Shown: positions 8,829 to 20,264, numbered from the stretch's first letter. The stretch is DNA of 64,000 nt from an uncultured delta proteobacterium (GCA_963766715.1 CAVYBH010000008.1:160001-224000); one strand, 5' to 3'. Translations and numbers: made by a program. Notes: generated from the letters alone by a model not told the origin.

Positions 8829-11800
8829 ATGGGCTCCTTCTTCATCCGCCGCCCGATCGTGGCGATGGTGATCTCCATCGTCATGGTCATCATGGGCGCG
8901 GTGGCCATCACCCGGCTGCCGGTGGCGCAGTTCCCGGAGATCACGCCACCGCTCATCCAGGTCACGACGACCTACACCGGCGCGAGCGCGCTCGACGTGG
9001 AGTCGTCCGTCGCGGCGCCCATCGAGCAGCAGGTGAACGGCGTCGAGAACATGATCTACATGAAGTCGACGAACGCGAACGACGGCACCTACAACCTGCA
9101 GGTGTCGTTCGAGGTGGGCTCCAACCTCGACATGTCGAACGTGCTCGTCCAGAACCGCGTCTCGCAGGCCACGGCGATGCTGCCGCAGGACGTGAAGAAC
9201 TACGGCGTCACGGTGAAGAAGTCGCTCAACTTCCCGCTCATGCTGGTGGCGCTCACCTCGCCGTCGGGCGCCTTCGACAACAACTTCCTGTCGAACTACG
9301 CCGCCATCAACATCAACGACCAGCTGAAGCGCATCAGCGGCGTCGGCGACGTCGTGCTCTTCGGCGGCTCCGACTACGCCATGCGGATCTGGATCCGCCC
9401 CGACCGCCTGAAGACGCTGGGGCTCACGGTGGCGGACCTCTCGAACGCCGTGAAGCAGCAGAACGTGCTGCTCCCGGCCGGGCAGATCGGCGGCCCGCCG
9501 GCGCCCAAGGGCACCGAGTTCACCTACGCGGTCCGCACCAAGGGGCGCCTCCTCGACGCCGAGGAGTTCGGCCAGATCGTGGTGCGCTCGAACCCCGACG
9601 GCTCGCAGGTGCGGCTGAAGGACGTGGCCCGGATCGACCTCGGCTCGGTGCTCTACAACTCGGTCGGACGCCTGGACGGAAAGCCGGCCGCCGTCATCGC
9701 GGTCTACCAGACCCCCGGCTCGAACGCGCTCGCCGTCTCGGAAGCGGTGAAGAAGACCGCCTCCGAGCTCTCCGCGCGCTTTCCCCCGGGCGTGAAGCAC
9801 GAGGTCACGCTCGACACCACGCTCGCCATCTCGGCCGGCATCGAGGAGATCCTCAGCACGCTCCTCGAGGCGGTGCTGCTCGTCATCCTGGTGGTCTTCG
9901 TCTTCCTGCAGAACTGGCGGGCCACCCTCATCCCGCTGCTCACCGTGCCGGTGTCGCTCATCGGCACCTTCATGATCTTCCCGCTGCTGGGCTTCTCGGT
10001 GAACACGCTGTCGCTCCTCGGCCTCGTGCTCGCCATCGGCATCGTGGTGGACGACGCCATCGTGGTGGTCGAGGCGGTGATGCACCACATCGAGCGCGGC
10101 ATGTCGCCCAAGGAGGCGACCGCCCAGGCCATGAAGGAGGTCTCCGGGCCGGTCATCGCCATCGCGCTCGTGCTCACCGCGGTCTTCGTGCCGGTGGCCT
10201 TCATCAGCGGCATCTCGGGGCAGCTCTACCAGCAGTTCGCCATCACCATCGCGGTCTCGGTGATGTTCTCGGCCGTGAACGCCCTCACCCTCTCCCCGGC
10301 GCTGGCCTCGTTGCTCCTCAAGCCCAAGGGCGGGAAGCGCTCCTTCCTCCAGCCCTTCTACGACGGCTTCAACAAGGTCTTCGACAAGTTCACCGGCGGG
10401 TACATGTCGATCACCTCCATCCTGGTGCGGAAGCTCTTCCGGAGCGCCGTGCTGGTGGCCGTCTTCGCGGTGCTGGCGGTGGTCATCGCCGGCCGCATCC
10501 CGGGCGGCTTCATCCCCGACGAGGACAACGGCTACTTCCTGGCCGCCCTGCAGCTTCCCGACGCCTCCTCCCTCGAGCGGACCGACGCGGCCGCGAAGAA
10601 GGTCGAGTCGATCCTGATGCAGAACCCGGCGGTGGCCTACACGACCACCATCTCCGGGTACAGCATGCTCTCCGGCGCCTACGCCTCGAACACCGGCTTC
10701 TTCTTCGTCTCGATGAAGCCATGGGAGGAGCGCAAGTCGAAGGACGGAGCGCAGCTTCGAGGTCATGCGGTCGCTCAACGCCCAGTTCGCCCGGGAGGTC
10801 CCGGAGGCGACCGCCTTCGCCTTCGGGCCGCCCCCCATCCCCGGCCTGGGCACCGGGTCGGGCTTCTCGTTCATGCTCCAGGACCGGAGCGGCGGATCGC
10901 CCGAGTACCTGGCCGAGAACCTGGCCAAGTTCATGGCCGCGGCGAAGAAGCGCCCCGAGATCGGCATGGCGAACAGCATCTTCCGCGCCGCCGTGCCGCA
11001 GATCTTCGCCGACGTGGACCGCGACAAGGTGCTGAAGGTCGGGGTGCCGCTCACCGACGTGCTCTCCACCATGGGGAGCTACCTGGGCGGCAACTACATC
11101 AACGACTTCAACCGGTTCGGACGCGTCTACAAGGTCTTCATGCAGGCCGAGCCGGAGTACCGCACCTCGGTGAAGGACCTGGGGCTCTTCTACGTGCGCG
11201 GGCCGAAGGGCGACATGATCCCGCTCGACACGCTCATGTCGACGGGCCCCACCTCCGGCCCCGAGTTCACGAACCGCTTCAACCTCTTCCGCTCCGCCGA
11301 GGTGACCGGCATCCCGGCCCCCGGGTACAGCTCGGCGCAGGCGATGAAGGCGCTCGAGGAAGTGGCCGCCGAGGTGCTGCCCAAGGACATGGGCTACCAG
11401 TGGTCGAACGTCTCGTACCAGGAGAAGAAGGCCGAGGGCACCGCCGCCATCGTCTTCGTCTTCGCCATGATCATGGTGTTCCTCATCCTGGCGGCGCAGT
11501 ACGAGAGCTGGTCGTTGCCGATGAGCGTGCTGCTGGGCACGCCCTTCGCGGCCTTCGGCGCCTTCCTGGGCCTCTGGCTCGCGCGCTTCACGAGCGACAG
11601 CTACGTGAACAACATCTTCGCCCAGATCGGCCTCATCATGCTGGTGGGGCTGGCGGCGAAGAACGCCATCCTCATCGTCGAGTTCGCCAAGATGAACGTG
11701 GAGAAGGGCATGGAACCGGTGGCTGCGGCCCTCGACGCGGCCAAGCTGCGGCTTCGCCCCATCCTCATGACCGCCTTCGCCTTCATCCTGGGCGTGCTCC

Positions 11801-12003
11801 CGCTCGTGCGCGCGGCCGGCGCGGGGGCCGAGAGCCGCAAGGTCATGGGCATGGCGGTCTTCGCCGGCATGCTGGTCGCCACCTTCCTGGCGGTGTTCCT
11901 CGTCCCGGCGCTCTTCGTCATGATCGAGAAGATGGGCGGGAAGAAGCACGCGCCCGCCCCCACCGCCGGGGAGGCCCCTCCGGCCTCCCCTGCCTCCCAC
12001 TAG
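8829..12003 (+). CDS. RND efflux permease, HAE1 family (frameshift near 10750)
   Basis: FFIRRPI, LPVAQFPEITPP, GIVVDDAIVVVE, KNAILIVEFA, RLRPILMT. Confidence 0.95.
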
Positions 12004-12013
12004 GAGCGACACC

Positions 12014-13510
12014 GTGACGAGAACGCTCGCCGCCGTCTCCCTCCTCGCCTTCTCGGCCTGCGCCGTCGGCCCGAAGTACCAGCGCCCCGAGGTCGAGGTG
12101 CCGCAGGCCTACCGGTACACGCTGGGCGCCGACGAGGCCGCCTCGATCGCCGATCTCCCCTGGTGGGAGATGTACCGGGACCCCATCCTCCAGGGGCTCA
12201 TCGAGGAGGCTCTCCGCAACAACCAGGACCTGCGGGTCGCCGCGGCTCGCGTGGCCCGGTCCCGGGCGCTGGTGGGCGTCTCCGCCGCCGACTTCTACCC
12301 GCAGATCGGGCTTGGAGCATCCGGCGGCTACGGGCAGCAGAACGCCAAGAACTACTTCCCCGGCCAGGGGCCGCAGGGCGCCTTCGCCCTCAACCTGGGC
12401 CTGTCCTGGGAGCTCGACGTCTGGGGGCGCGTGCGCAACGCCACGGACGCGGCGCGCGCCGACCTGTTCGCCACCGAGGAGGTCCGGCGCGGGGTGGTGC
12501 TCTCGCTCGTCTCGGACGTGGCCCAGGCCTACGCCGAGCTCATGGAGCTCGACGTGGAGCTGGAGATCGCCCAGCGGAACACCGTCACCCGCCAGGGAAC
12601 CCTCGACCTCTTCACCAAGCGCTCCGTGGGCGGCGTGGGCAACGAGCTCGAGGTGAACCAGGCTCGCGCCGACCTCGCGGTGACGGCCGCCGCCATCCCC
12701 GCCACCGAGCGGCTCATCGCCCTGAAGGAAAGCCAGATCGCCGTCCTGCTCGGGCGCCCCCCGGGCGCGATCGCGCGCGCCAAGGCGCCCTTGCAGCAGA
12801 AGACGCCGACCCTGCCCATGGGCGTCCCGGCGGCGCTCCTCGAGCGGCGTCCGGACGTCCGCGCGGCGGAGGATCGCGCCATGTCCGCGACGGCCAACGT
12901 GGGCGTCGCCGTGGCCAACCGGCTGCCCAAGCTCTCGCTCGAGGGGGTCATCGGCCTCGCCGGGCCGTCCCTCGCGACGACCTTCACCCCGGAGGGATTG
13001 CTCTGGAGCGTCGGCGCCGGGCTGCTCGCGCCGATCTTCACGGGCGGGCGCCTCGCCTCGCAGGAGGAGGCGGCCTGGGCCGACCTCGAGCAGTTCGTCG
13101 CGCTCTACCGGCAGCAGGTGATCAACGCCTGGCGCGAGGTGAACGACGCTGCGGTGAGCGTGCGGAAGCTGGGCGAGGTGGCCGTGCAGGCCGAGATCCA
13201 GGTGACCGCGGCGACCACCGCCGAGCGGCTGGCGCGCCTGCGCTACGACGGCGGCGTGTCGAGCTACCTCGACGTTCTCGACGCCCAGCGGTCGCTCTTC
13301 AACTCCGAGCTGACGCTCGCCCAGACGAACCGCGACCAGCTCGTGGCCCTGGTCCAGCTCTACCGGGCGCTCGGCGGGGGCTGGCAGGAGCAGGTCCCTT
13401 CCGCCCCTGCGGCCGGGACGGCGCCGGCCGGCGCTCCTCCCGCCACGCTTCCACCGGCCCCGGTCACCCCGGCGCCGGCGGCGGCGCCGCGGCGGCGCCC
13501 GAAGGGCTGA
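12014..13510 (+). CDS. Outer-membrane efflux lipoprotein (NodT/OprM family)
   Basis: SACAVGPKYQRP, WELDVWG, LLERRPDV, LYRALGGGW. Confidence 0.95.
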   Translation: MTRTLAAVSLLAFSACAVGPKYQRPEVEVPQAYRYTLGADEAASIADLPWWEMYRDPILQGLIEEALRNNQDLRVAAARVARSRALVGVSAADFYPQIGLGASGGYGQQNAKNYFPGQGPQGAFALNLGLSWELDVWGRVRNATDAARADLFATEEVRRGVVLSLVSDVAQAYAELMELDVELEIAQRNTVTRQGTLDLFTKRSVGGVGNELEVNQARADLAVTAAAIPATERLIALKESQIAVLLGRPPGAIARAKAPLQQKTPTLPMGVPAALLERRPDVRAAEDRAMSATANVGVAVANRLPKLSLEGVIGLAGPSLATTFTPEGLLWSVGAGLLAPIFTGGRLASQEEAAWADLEQFVALYRQQVINAWREVNDAAVSVRKLGEVAVQAEIQVTAATTAERLARLRYDGGVSSYLDVLDAQRSLFNSELTLAQTNRDQLVALVQLYRALGGGWQEQVPSAPAAGTAPAGAPPATLPPAPVTPAPAAAPRRRPKG

Positions 13511-13520
13511 CGGCCGCCGG

Positions 13521-14811
13521 TCAGGTCAGGTCGCGCGGCTGGCCGGTGGAGGCCAGCACGCTGTTCCAGAGGTCCCCGTCCGGATCGATCGTCTTGCGGC
13601 GCGCCGCCGCGAGCGCGATCGGGACGTGGGTGAACTGGTGGCTCCAGAACCCGACCACCATGTTCGTCCGCCCGGTCATGCCGGCGTGGACGGCGCTGTG
13701 GCCGAGGAGCAGGCAGAAGGCCGAGTCGTGGGCTCCTGCGGGCACGCTCCGGATGGCGTAGCTGGGGTCGATGTACTTGAGGCTGAACTCGACCCCCGCC
13801 CCGGCCAGGTGCGCCGAGATGGCGTCGCGGAGGAACACGCCCACGTCGCCGTGCTTCAGGTTCCCCGACGCGTCGCGCACCGAGGACGGCGGGAGGAGGT
13901 CCTGCCCCGCTCCCTCGGCCACCACGATCGAGCGCGTGGCCGCGCCGCTCCAGGCGCCGGCGCAGCTCGGCGAGGAGCCGCTCCAGGCGGAACGGGACCT
14001 CGGGCACGAGGCAGAAGTTCACGTGCCCCCCGACCAGGACCGAGTAGGCCGCGATGAACCCGGAGTCGCGCCCCATGAGCTTCACGAGCCCGATCCCGTT
14101 CCGCGCCGCCTCCGCCTCGACGTTGGCCGCGTAGGTGGCGCGACGCGCCTCGCCCACCGCGGTGTCGAAGCCGAAGGTCTTCTGGACGAGGAGCACGTCG
14201 TTGTCGATGGTCTTCGGGACCCCGATCACGGCGAGCGGGAACCCGCGGCGCAGCGCCTCCTCGCCGATCTTCTGCGCGCCCCGCAGCGTCCCGTCCCCGC
14301 CGATGGCGAAGAGCAGGTGGACCCCGCGCTCCTGGAGCGTGTCGACCATCTCGGCGGGTTCCTGGTGACCGCGGGACGTGCCCAGGATGGTCCCTCCCAT
14401 CTCCTGGATCCGGTTGACCGACTCCGGGGTGAGGGCCATCGGCTCGTGGCCGTGGCGCCGGACGAGGCCCGCGTACCCGTGGCGGAAGCCGAGCACGTTC
14501 CGGACGCCGTAGTGGTGGTGGAGGCTCAGGACGATGGCCCGGATCACGTCGTTCAGCCCCGGGCAGAGGCCGCCGCAGGTCACGATCCCGCAGGCCAGGC
14601 GCGCCGGGTCGAAGTAGATCCGCTCCCGGGGGCCCGCGACCTCCATCGACGGGGGCGCGGCCCCGGCCTGGAGCCAGGGCTGGATGTCCTCGAGGCGGGA
14701 GTGATGGAGGATCCGCTCGTCGTCGCGGGTGAAGCGGACGCCCGTGAGCGGCGACGGGAAACGGCACTCGCCGAGCCGGGGCACCGTGAAATCGAGGTCG
14801 GCGGTCGCCAT
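13521..14811 (-). CDS. pfkA: 6-phosphofructokinase, PfkA family, probably ATP-dependent (frameshift near 13930)
   Basis: VTCGGLCPGLN, GGTILGTSRG, GGDG, PKTIDND, KLMGRDSG, YIDPSYAIRS. Confidence 0.92.
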
Positions 14812-14817
14812 GGCGCG

Positions 14818-15441
14818 CTACGCGGTCTTGTCGCCGACGAACTTGTCCCGCTCGTCGCGGAAGAGCAGGTTGAAGGTGGTCAGGCTGCCGTAGCACTTCG
14901 TCACGTACCCCTGCATCTCCACCTTCTCCGCGTCGGAGAGCTTCGGGTGCGCGTTCAGCTTCTGCTCGAGCACCCGCAGCCGGTCGCGCAGGAGGACCAC
15001 CTTGTGGAAGAGGGCGTCGATGGGGAGCTCCTTCGACTGGAGCGCCGGGTCGGCCGGCTTCACGAGGATGGTGCCGCCCTCCCACCTCGCGTGCGAGCGG
15101 GACCTCGGGCACGTCTTCCCGGAGGGCTTCCCGGATGGCCTGGACGAACTCGTCTCGCGTCATGTCGAGGATCTCCTCGGGCAGCGGGGCTGGGGTGCCC
15201 GGTGGACGGCGGGCGGACGCGCGGCGGGTGCGCGGTGGGTCTCTCGCGGGGGCGCGGGCGCCGGGATGGCGTCGGTGCGCCCCAGGTACTTCTCGCAGGC
15301 GGGAGCGGTTCCGGGAAAGTCACCGGTCCGGACCCTCTGCCGGCAAGGGCCGATGGGGCCGCGCGCGTCCTCCAGGATGGGGCGCCACCACCGGCAGCTC
15401 CCGCACTCCCTCGGTCCGTACACCAGCTCCTGGGCTTCCAT
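14818..15441 (-). CDS. Conserved hypothetical protein with Cys-rich N-terminus (frameshifted, possibly two genes)
   Basis: N-terminal CGSCRWW..GPC..PACEKY; C-terminal WEGGTILVKPADPALQSKELPIDALFHKVVLLRDRLRVLEQKLNAH..YGSLTTFNLLF. Confidence 0.6.
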
Positions 15442-15544
15442 CGGTAGCGGCAGTCTAGCCCCCGATGGGCCGCCAGGCCAGGCGCCCGTGACGTGCCCGT
15501 GACAAGCTGCGGTCATGTTCCCCCCGCGGCCCCACTCCGCACCC

Positions 15545-17354
15545 ATGACCATGAAGACGCTCGAGCTGAAGCGGTTCCAGGACCGCACGCTTGCCCGCCC
15601 TGCTGCGCGCCACCGCCCGGCGGACCCCCGACGCCACGTTCCTGCGCGTCCTCGAGCCGCGCGCGCGCGACGCCGCGCCCACCGTGGTGACCTTCGCGGC
15701 CTTCGAGCGCGCCGTCCGCCGCGCCGCCGCCACGCTCGCCGCAGCCGGGCTCGGGCCCGGCGATCGGCTGCTCATGCTGGCCGAGAACTCGCCGGCCTGG
15801 CAGGAGGTGGCGCTCGGCGCGCAGGCGCTCCGGGCCGAGCCAGCCGCGCTCTTCTCCAACCTGGCCGAGGAGCCGGCGCTCGCCATCGCGCTGCGCGTCC
15901 GGCCCCGGGTGGCCTTCGTCTCCGGCCCGGCGCAGTGGGCCAAGCTCTCCACCGCAGGAGCGGAGCTCGCCGCGGCCGGCCTCGTCGCGGTGGTCACCGA
16001 GGCGCCGCTCCCCGCCGGCGCGCTGCCCCCGGGCGTGCGGCAGCTCCCGTCGAGGAGGTGGTCGGCGACCGCGCCGCCCCGCTGGACGACGCGGCCTGGA
16101 ACGCGCTCGTGGACGCGGTGGGGCCGGAGGATCCCTTCCTGCTCCTCTTCACGAGCGGGACCACCGGGCGACCCAAGGGCGTCCGCCTCCCGCAGCGCGC
16201 CATCGTCCACGCCATCGACGGCGGCAACTCGTCGGTGGGCACCGGGCCGGACGACCTCGGGGTCCACTTCCTGCCGTTCGCGCACGTGGCCGGGCACGAT
16301 CAGTTCATGCTGGCGCTCGCCCAGGGACACGCCCTCCTCCTCGTCCAGCGGCGCGAGGACATCGAGCGGTCGTTCGCCTTCGGTCCGACCTACGCCTTCT
16401 CGGTCCCGCTCGTGTACGACCGCTTCCGCACCGCCGTGGAGGAGAAGGTGGCGTCGCTCCCGGCCCCGCTGCGGAGCCTCACCCGCGCGGCGCTGGCCGC
16501 CGGCGTTCGCGTCCGGGTGGAGGGGAGCCGCAATCCCGTCGACCGGATCCTGACCCGCCTGGCCGACCGGCTGGTGGGCGGCCCGCTGCGGCAGAAGCTC
16601 GGCGGGCACGTCCGGGCCCTCTTCTCCGGGGGCGCCCCCGCGTCGCCGGCGCTCTTCCGCTTCCTGGAAGGGCTGGGGATCCCGTGCGTCGAGCTGTACG
16701 GGATGACCGAGACCGCCGGGCTGGTCAGCTCGAACCTGCTCGACGTCCCGCGCCGCCCCGGGCTGCGCGGGCTTCGTCACGCCCGACCACGAGGTTCGCT
16801 TCGACGACGACGGCGAGCTGCTGGTTCGCGGCCCGCTGCTCCTCTCCGGGTACCTCGAGCCGGAGGACGCGGCCGGCGCCTTCACCGACGACGGGTTCTA
16901 TCGCACCGGCAATCGGGCCCGGATCGACGACGAGGGAAGCCTGCGCATCGAGGGGCGCAAGAAGCACCTGCTCGTGCTCTCCACCGGGAAGAAGCTCGCC
17001 CCCGAGCCCCTCGAGCTGATCATCGCCGGCACGCCGCCGTTCCAGGGGGCGGTGCTCCTGGGCGAGGGGCGGCCCTTCGTGTCGGCCGCCGTGTTCGTGG
17101 CCCCCGAGTTCCTGACCCGCATGGCGGCGGAGGGGCGGGACGCCGCCGAGGCCCTCCTGCCGGCGGTCCGCTCGGCCCTCCACGCCTTCAGCGACTTCGA
17201 GAAGCCGAAGAAGCTGGTGGTGCTCCCCGGGTCTCCCGCCGACCATCCCTCCATCGTCACGCCGACGCTCAAGGTGAAGCGCGAGGCGCTGCTGGCGCTG
17301 CTCGGGCCCCGCTTCGCGGCGATCTACGAGCCCCACGCGGAGCACGCGGGCTAG
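15545..17354 (+). CDS. AMP-dependent long-chain acyl-CoA synthetase (several frameshifts)
   Basis: FTSGTTGRPKG, FLPFAH, YGMTET, FYRTG, GRKKHLLVLSTGKK, TPTLKVKR. Confidence 0.88.
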
Positions 17355-17365
17355 AGGCCCGCGCG

Positions 17366-18100
17366 CTACACCGAGAGCCGGTCGAGGAAGTAGGGCAGCA
17401 TCCTGCGCCACCACGGCCAGTCGTGCGCCACGTCGGGGCCCCAGTAGTCGAACCAGGCCGGGATGCCCTTGTCGCGGAGGATTCCCTCGAGGGCGCGGGT
17501 GTCGGCGAGGCAGTCCTCCTCCCACTGCCCCTGCCCCACCGCGAAGGCGATGGACCCGCGGCGGTAGCGGTCGAGGTAGGTGGGATCGGTGAGGCCCGGC
17601 AGGTACTGCAGCGGGCTGTTGAAGTAGGTGGTGTCGTCCCAGTGATCGCCGACGAAGCTCCTCGCCGAGTAGAGCCCGGAGAGGCCGATGACGCCGTCGA
17701 ACACGTCGGGGCGGCGGAAGAAGAAGTTCGCCGCGTGGAAGGCCCCCATGCTGCAGCCCGTGGTCCACATCGTCCCGCGCCCGGCCGTCCGCCGGACGAA
17801 GGGAACGAGCTCGTCCATCACGTAGCGGTCGTAGTCGAGGTGGCGGCGGGCCCGCTCGGCCGGGGGCACGGCGGCGTTGGTCCAGCTCTGCCAGTCGTTG
17901 CCGTCCACGACCACGAGCCGGATCCGCCCGGCGTCGAGGAACTCGCGGCAGGCGTCGATCATGCCGAAGCCGGCGAAGTCGCCGACGCGTCCGTCCTGGG
18001 AGGGGAACGCCAGGATCGGGCGCCCCGCGTGCCCGTACACCTCGACCTCCATCTCCTGGCCGAGTGCCGGGCTGTTCCAGCGGTGTCGCTCCACGTGCAT
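17366..18100 (-). CDS. Alpha/beta-hydrolase esterase family protein
   Basis: YGHAGRPILAFPSQDG, nucleophile elbow GCSMG, VAHDWPWW. Confidence 0.88.
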   Translation of the reverse strand: MHVERHRWNSPALGQEMEVEVYGHAGRPILAFPSQDGRVGDFAGFGMIDACREFLDAGRIRLVVVDGNDWQSWTNAAVPPAERARRHLDYDRYVMDELVPFVRRTAGRGTMWTTGCSMGAFHAANFFFRRPDVFDGVIGLSGLYSARSFVGDHWDDTTYFNSPLQYLPGLTDPTYLDRYRRGSIAFAVGQGQWEEDCLADTRALEGILRDKGIPAWFDYWGPDVAHDWPWWRRMLPYFLDRLSV

Positions 18101-18117
18101 CGCGTCCCCTCTCCGGA

Positions 18118-19278
18118 TCAGGCCTTCTGCTGGATGGCCGCCGCCGCCGCCGCGAGCTCGTCGAGGTCCGGCGAGCGCAGGATGAACCCGTAGTTCCCGA
18201 TGGCGGCGCTGAAGACGTCGTTCACCGGCTCGTGGTGCACGATGAGGGAGCCGAAGCGCGAGAGCACGTCCTGCACCGGGAGCGCGTAGCGGAACCGGTC
18301 CTTCCGTCCCACGTAGGCGACGCACCAGGGACGCTCGAACCGCTCCATCACCTTGCCGTGGACCACCAGGTCGGCCCAGGTCCGGTAGAGGTCGGCGTCG
18401 TTCTGGTAGTTCCACATGTCCACGGTCATTCCGCCGGGCGGCCGGACGTTCACCTCCAGCGCGACGAGCGACCCATCGGGGCAGCGGAAGAACTCGACGT
18501 GGAAGAAGCGCTCGCGGATGTCGAACGACTTCACGAGCCGCCTCCCCGCGTCGACGAGGTCGGGCTCGATCACCCGGGCGGCGTGGTACCAGACGTCCGC
18601 GTCCTCGTTCACGACCTCCATGATCCCGCGGCTGTAGCGGAGCGAGGCGTCGAAGACGACGTGTCCGTCGCGGTCGGCGAGGCCGTCGTAGGTGACGATG
18701 TCCCCCTGGACGAAGCCCTCGAGCACGTAGTCGACCGCGGGGCGCGAGCCCAGGAAGGCCTCCAGATCGGCGCCGGTCTCCAGCTTCCAGGTCCGGGAGG
18801 CGCCCACGCCGATGTCGGGCTTCGCGACCAGCGGGTAACCGACCTGGCGCACGAAGGCCCGGACCGCCTCGGGATCGCGAACCAGGTGCGCCGGCGCCGC
18901 CGGGACGCCGGCCTTCGCGAAGAGGGACTTCATCCCGGTCTTGCGCTGGATCACTTCCAGGTCGGCGGGGCGGAGGCCCCAGACGTTGAAGTCTTCCCGG
19001 AGCCGCGCCTCGGTCGAGAGCCAGTACTCGCTCATCGAGTCGATCCGGTCGATCTTCCCGTGCCGGAACGTGAGGAATCCCAGGGCCCGGACCAGGTCGT
19101 CGTACCGGTGCATGTCGGCGACCCGGTAGTACTCGGAGACACCCGCGCGCAGCTCGGGGCGGAGCCGCTCCCAGGGCTCGTCGGCGATCGCCAGCGCGGT
19201 CGCGCCCACGTCGTGGAGGCGGGCGACGAACTGCCAGAAGTTGAGGGGGAAGTGGGGGGACAGGAACAGGACGTTCAA
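18118..19278 (-). CDS. ATP-grasp domain protein of unknown function
   Basis: FLSPHFP, KPDIGVGA, EGFVQG, FFHVEFF, LEVNVRPPGG. Confidence 0.9.
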   Translation of the reverse strand: MNVLFLSPHFPLNFWQFVARLHDVGATALAIADEPWERLRPELRAGVSEYYRVADMHRYDDLVRALGFLTFRHGKIDRIDSMSEYWLSTEARLREDFNVWGLRPADLEVIQRKTGMKSLFAKAGVPAAPAHLVRDPEAVRAFVRQVGYPLVAKPDIGVGASRTWKLETGADLEAFLGSRPAVDYVLEGFVQGDIVTYDGLADRDGHVVFDASLRYSRGIMEVVNEDADVWYHAARVIEPDLVDAGRRLVKSFDIRERFFHVEFFRCPDGSLVALEVNVRPPGGMTVDMWNYQNDADLYRTWADLVVHGKVMERFERPWCVAYVGRKDRFRYALPVQDVLSRFGSLIVHHEPVNDVFSAAIGNYGFILRSPDLDELAAAAAAIQQKA

Positions 19279-19412
19279 GGGGGCCTCCCCCCGTTGCTTA
19301 CCACGTTCGAAGCCCGCCTCGTTCGGGGCCCACCTTCCCGGATGACAACGTCAGATGAGCAATCTACGGTGCGTCGCTTCTTTTCACTCACCACAACCGG
19401 GGTTCACTCCAC

Positions 19413-20264
19413 ATGAACACGCCGCTCCTTCGCAGGACGTTCCCGCTCCTCGCCGCGCTCCTCGTCCTCTTCGTCGCCGCACCGGCCGTCGCCGAGGAGG
19501 CGCCGCCTCCGCCGTCGAAGGAGGACTCGTTCTTCACCACCACGAACGTCCAGCTGCTCTGGGGCGGCGGCTTCTCCGACGCCCAGCTCGGGTACTTCAC
19601 CAAGACCCAGAGCATGTTCACGCTCACGTTCAACAACTACACGCAGTTCAAGTTCGGCGACAGCTTCGCCTTCGTCGACATGTACCAGGGCGACTTCATC
19701 AGCCCCGTCACCGGCCTCTCCGACGGCAACGCCAAGATCTACGCCGAGTGGCACCCCCGCCTCCTCGTCAACCAGATGCTCGGCATGAAGGACCCCGTCC
19801 TCGGCGTCATCGGCAACTGGGGCGTCGCCGCCGAGATGAACGTCGGCAGCAACTTCTCCGCCTACCTCGTCGGCCCCAGCGTCGACCTCTTCCTCCCCCT
19901 CAACATCTACGTCGGCATGGCCTTCTACTACCGCTACAGCGCCCTCTGGCTCGCCCCGGGCGTCGGCGGCACCATCTACACCAACACCTGGCAGTTCAGC
20001 CCCTACTGGACCGTCCCCTTCTCCATCGGCCCCGTCCCCTTCCTCTTCACCGGCTTCCTCGACATGTACCAGTACTCCACCGGTGGCGTGGACGTGATGT
20101 TCCAGCCCGAGCTCCTCGTCGACGTCCTCGCTCCCTTCGGCAGCAAGAAGAACACCCTCTTCGTCGGCTGCGAGTGGTACCTCCACTCCTACGTCCTCTT
20201 CGACGGCGCTCCCCGCCACACCGTCTCCGCTCCCCAGATCATGGTCCAGTGGAACATCCACTGA
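19413..20264 (+). CDS. Tsx/OmpK-like nucleoside-specific outer-membrane channel
   Basis: Signal peptide, TNVQLLWG, FGDSFAFVD, YAEWHPR, FTGFLD, FQPELLVD, VGCEW, PQIMVQW; first gene before two NCS2 permeases. Confidence 0.75.
   Translation: MNTPLLRRTFPLLAALLVLFVAAPAVAEEAPPPPSKEDSFFTTTNVQLLWGGGFSDAQLGYFTKTQSMFTLTFNNYTQFKFGDSFAFVDMYQGDFISPVTGLSDGNAKIYAEWHPRLLVNQMLGMKDPVLGVIGNWGVAAEMNVGSNFSAYLVGPSVDLFLPLNIYVGMAFYYRYSALWLAPGVGGTIYTNTWQFSPYWTVPFSIGPVPFLFTGFLDMYQYSTGGVDVMFQPELLVDVLAPFGSKKNTLFVGCEWYLHSYVLFDGAPRHTVSAPQIMVQWNIH

Noticed and set aside
10740..10770. Programmed frameshift or genuinely split RND permease
   Set aside because: No slippery sequence; consistent with the window-wide indel errors
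6170..11072. Very long alternative-frame and antisense ORFs (e.g. 6170-11035, 7554-11072, 2587-5745, 32470-35418)
   Set aside because: Arg/Pro/Gly-rich shadow ORFs expected at high GC; they overlap genes with clear family motifs
19279..19412. Canonical purine riboswitch or PyrR attenuator
   Set aside because: The conserved core motifs and a terminator with U-tract were not found by eye
19404..20261. Antisense ORF spanning the porin gene
   Set aside because: A by-product of the extreme C-ending codon bias, which removes stops on the opposite strand; its V/G/E/D/A composition follows from that
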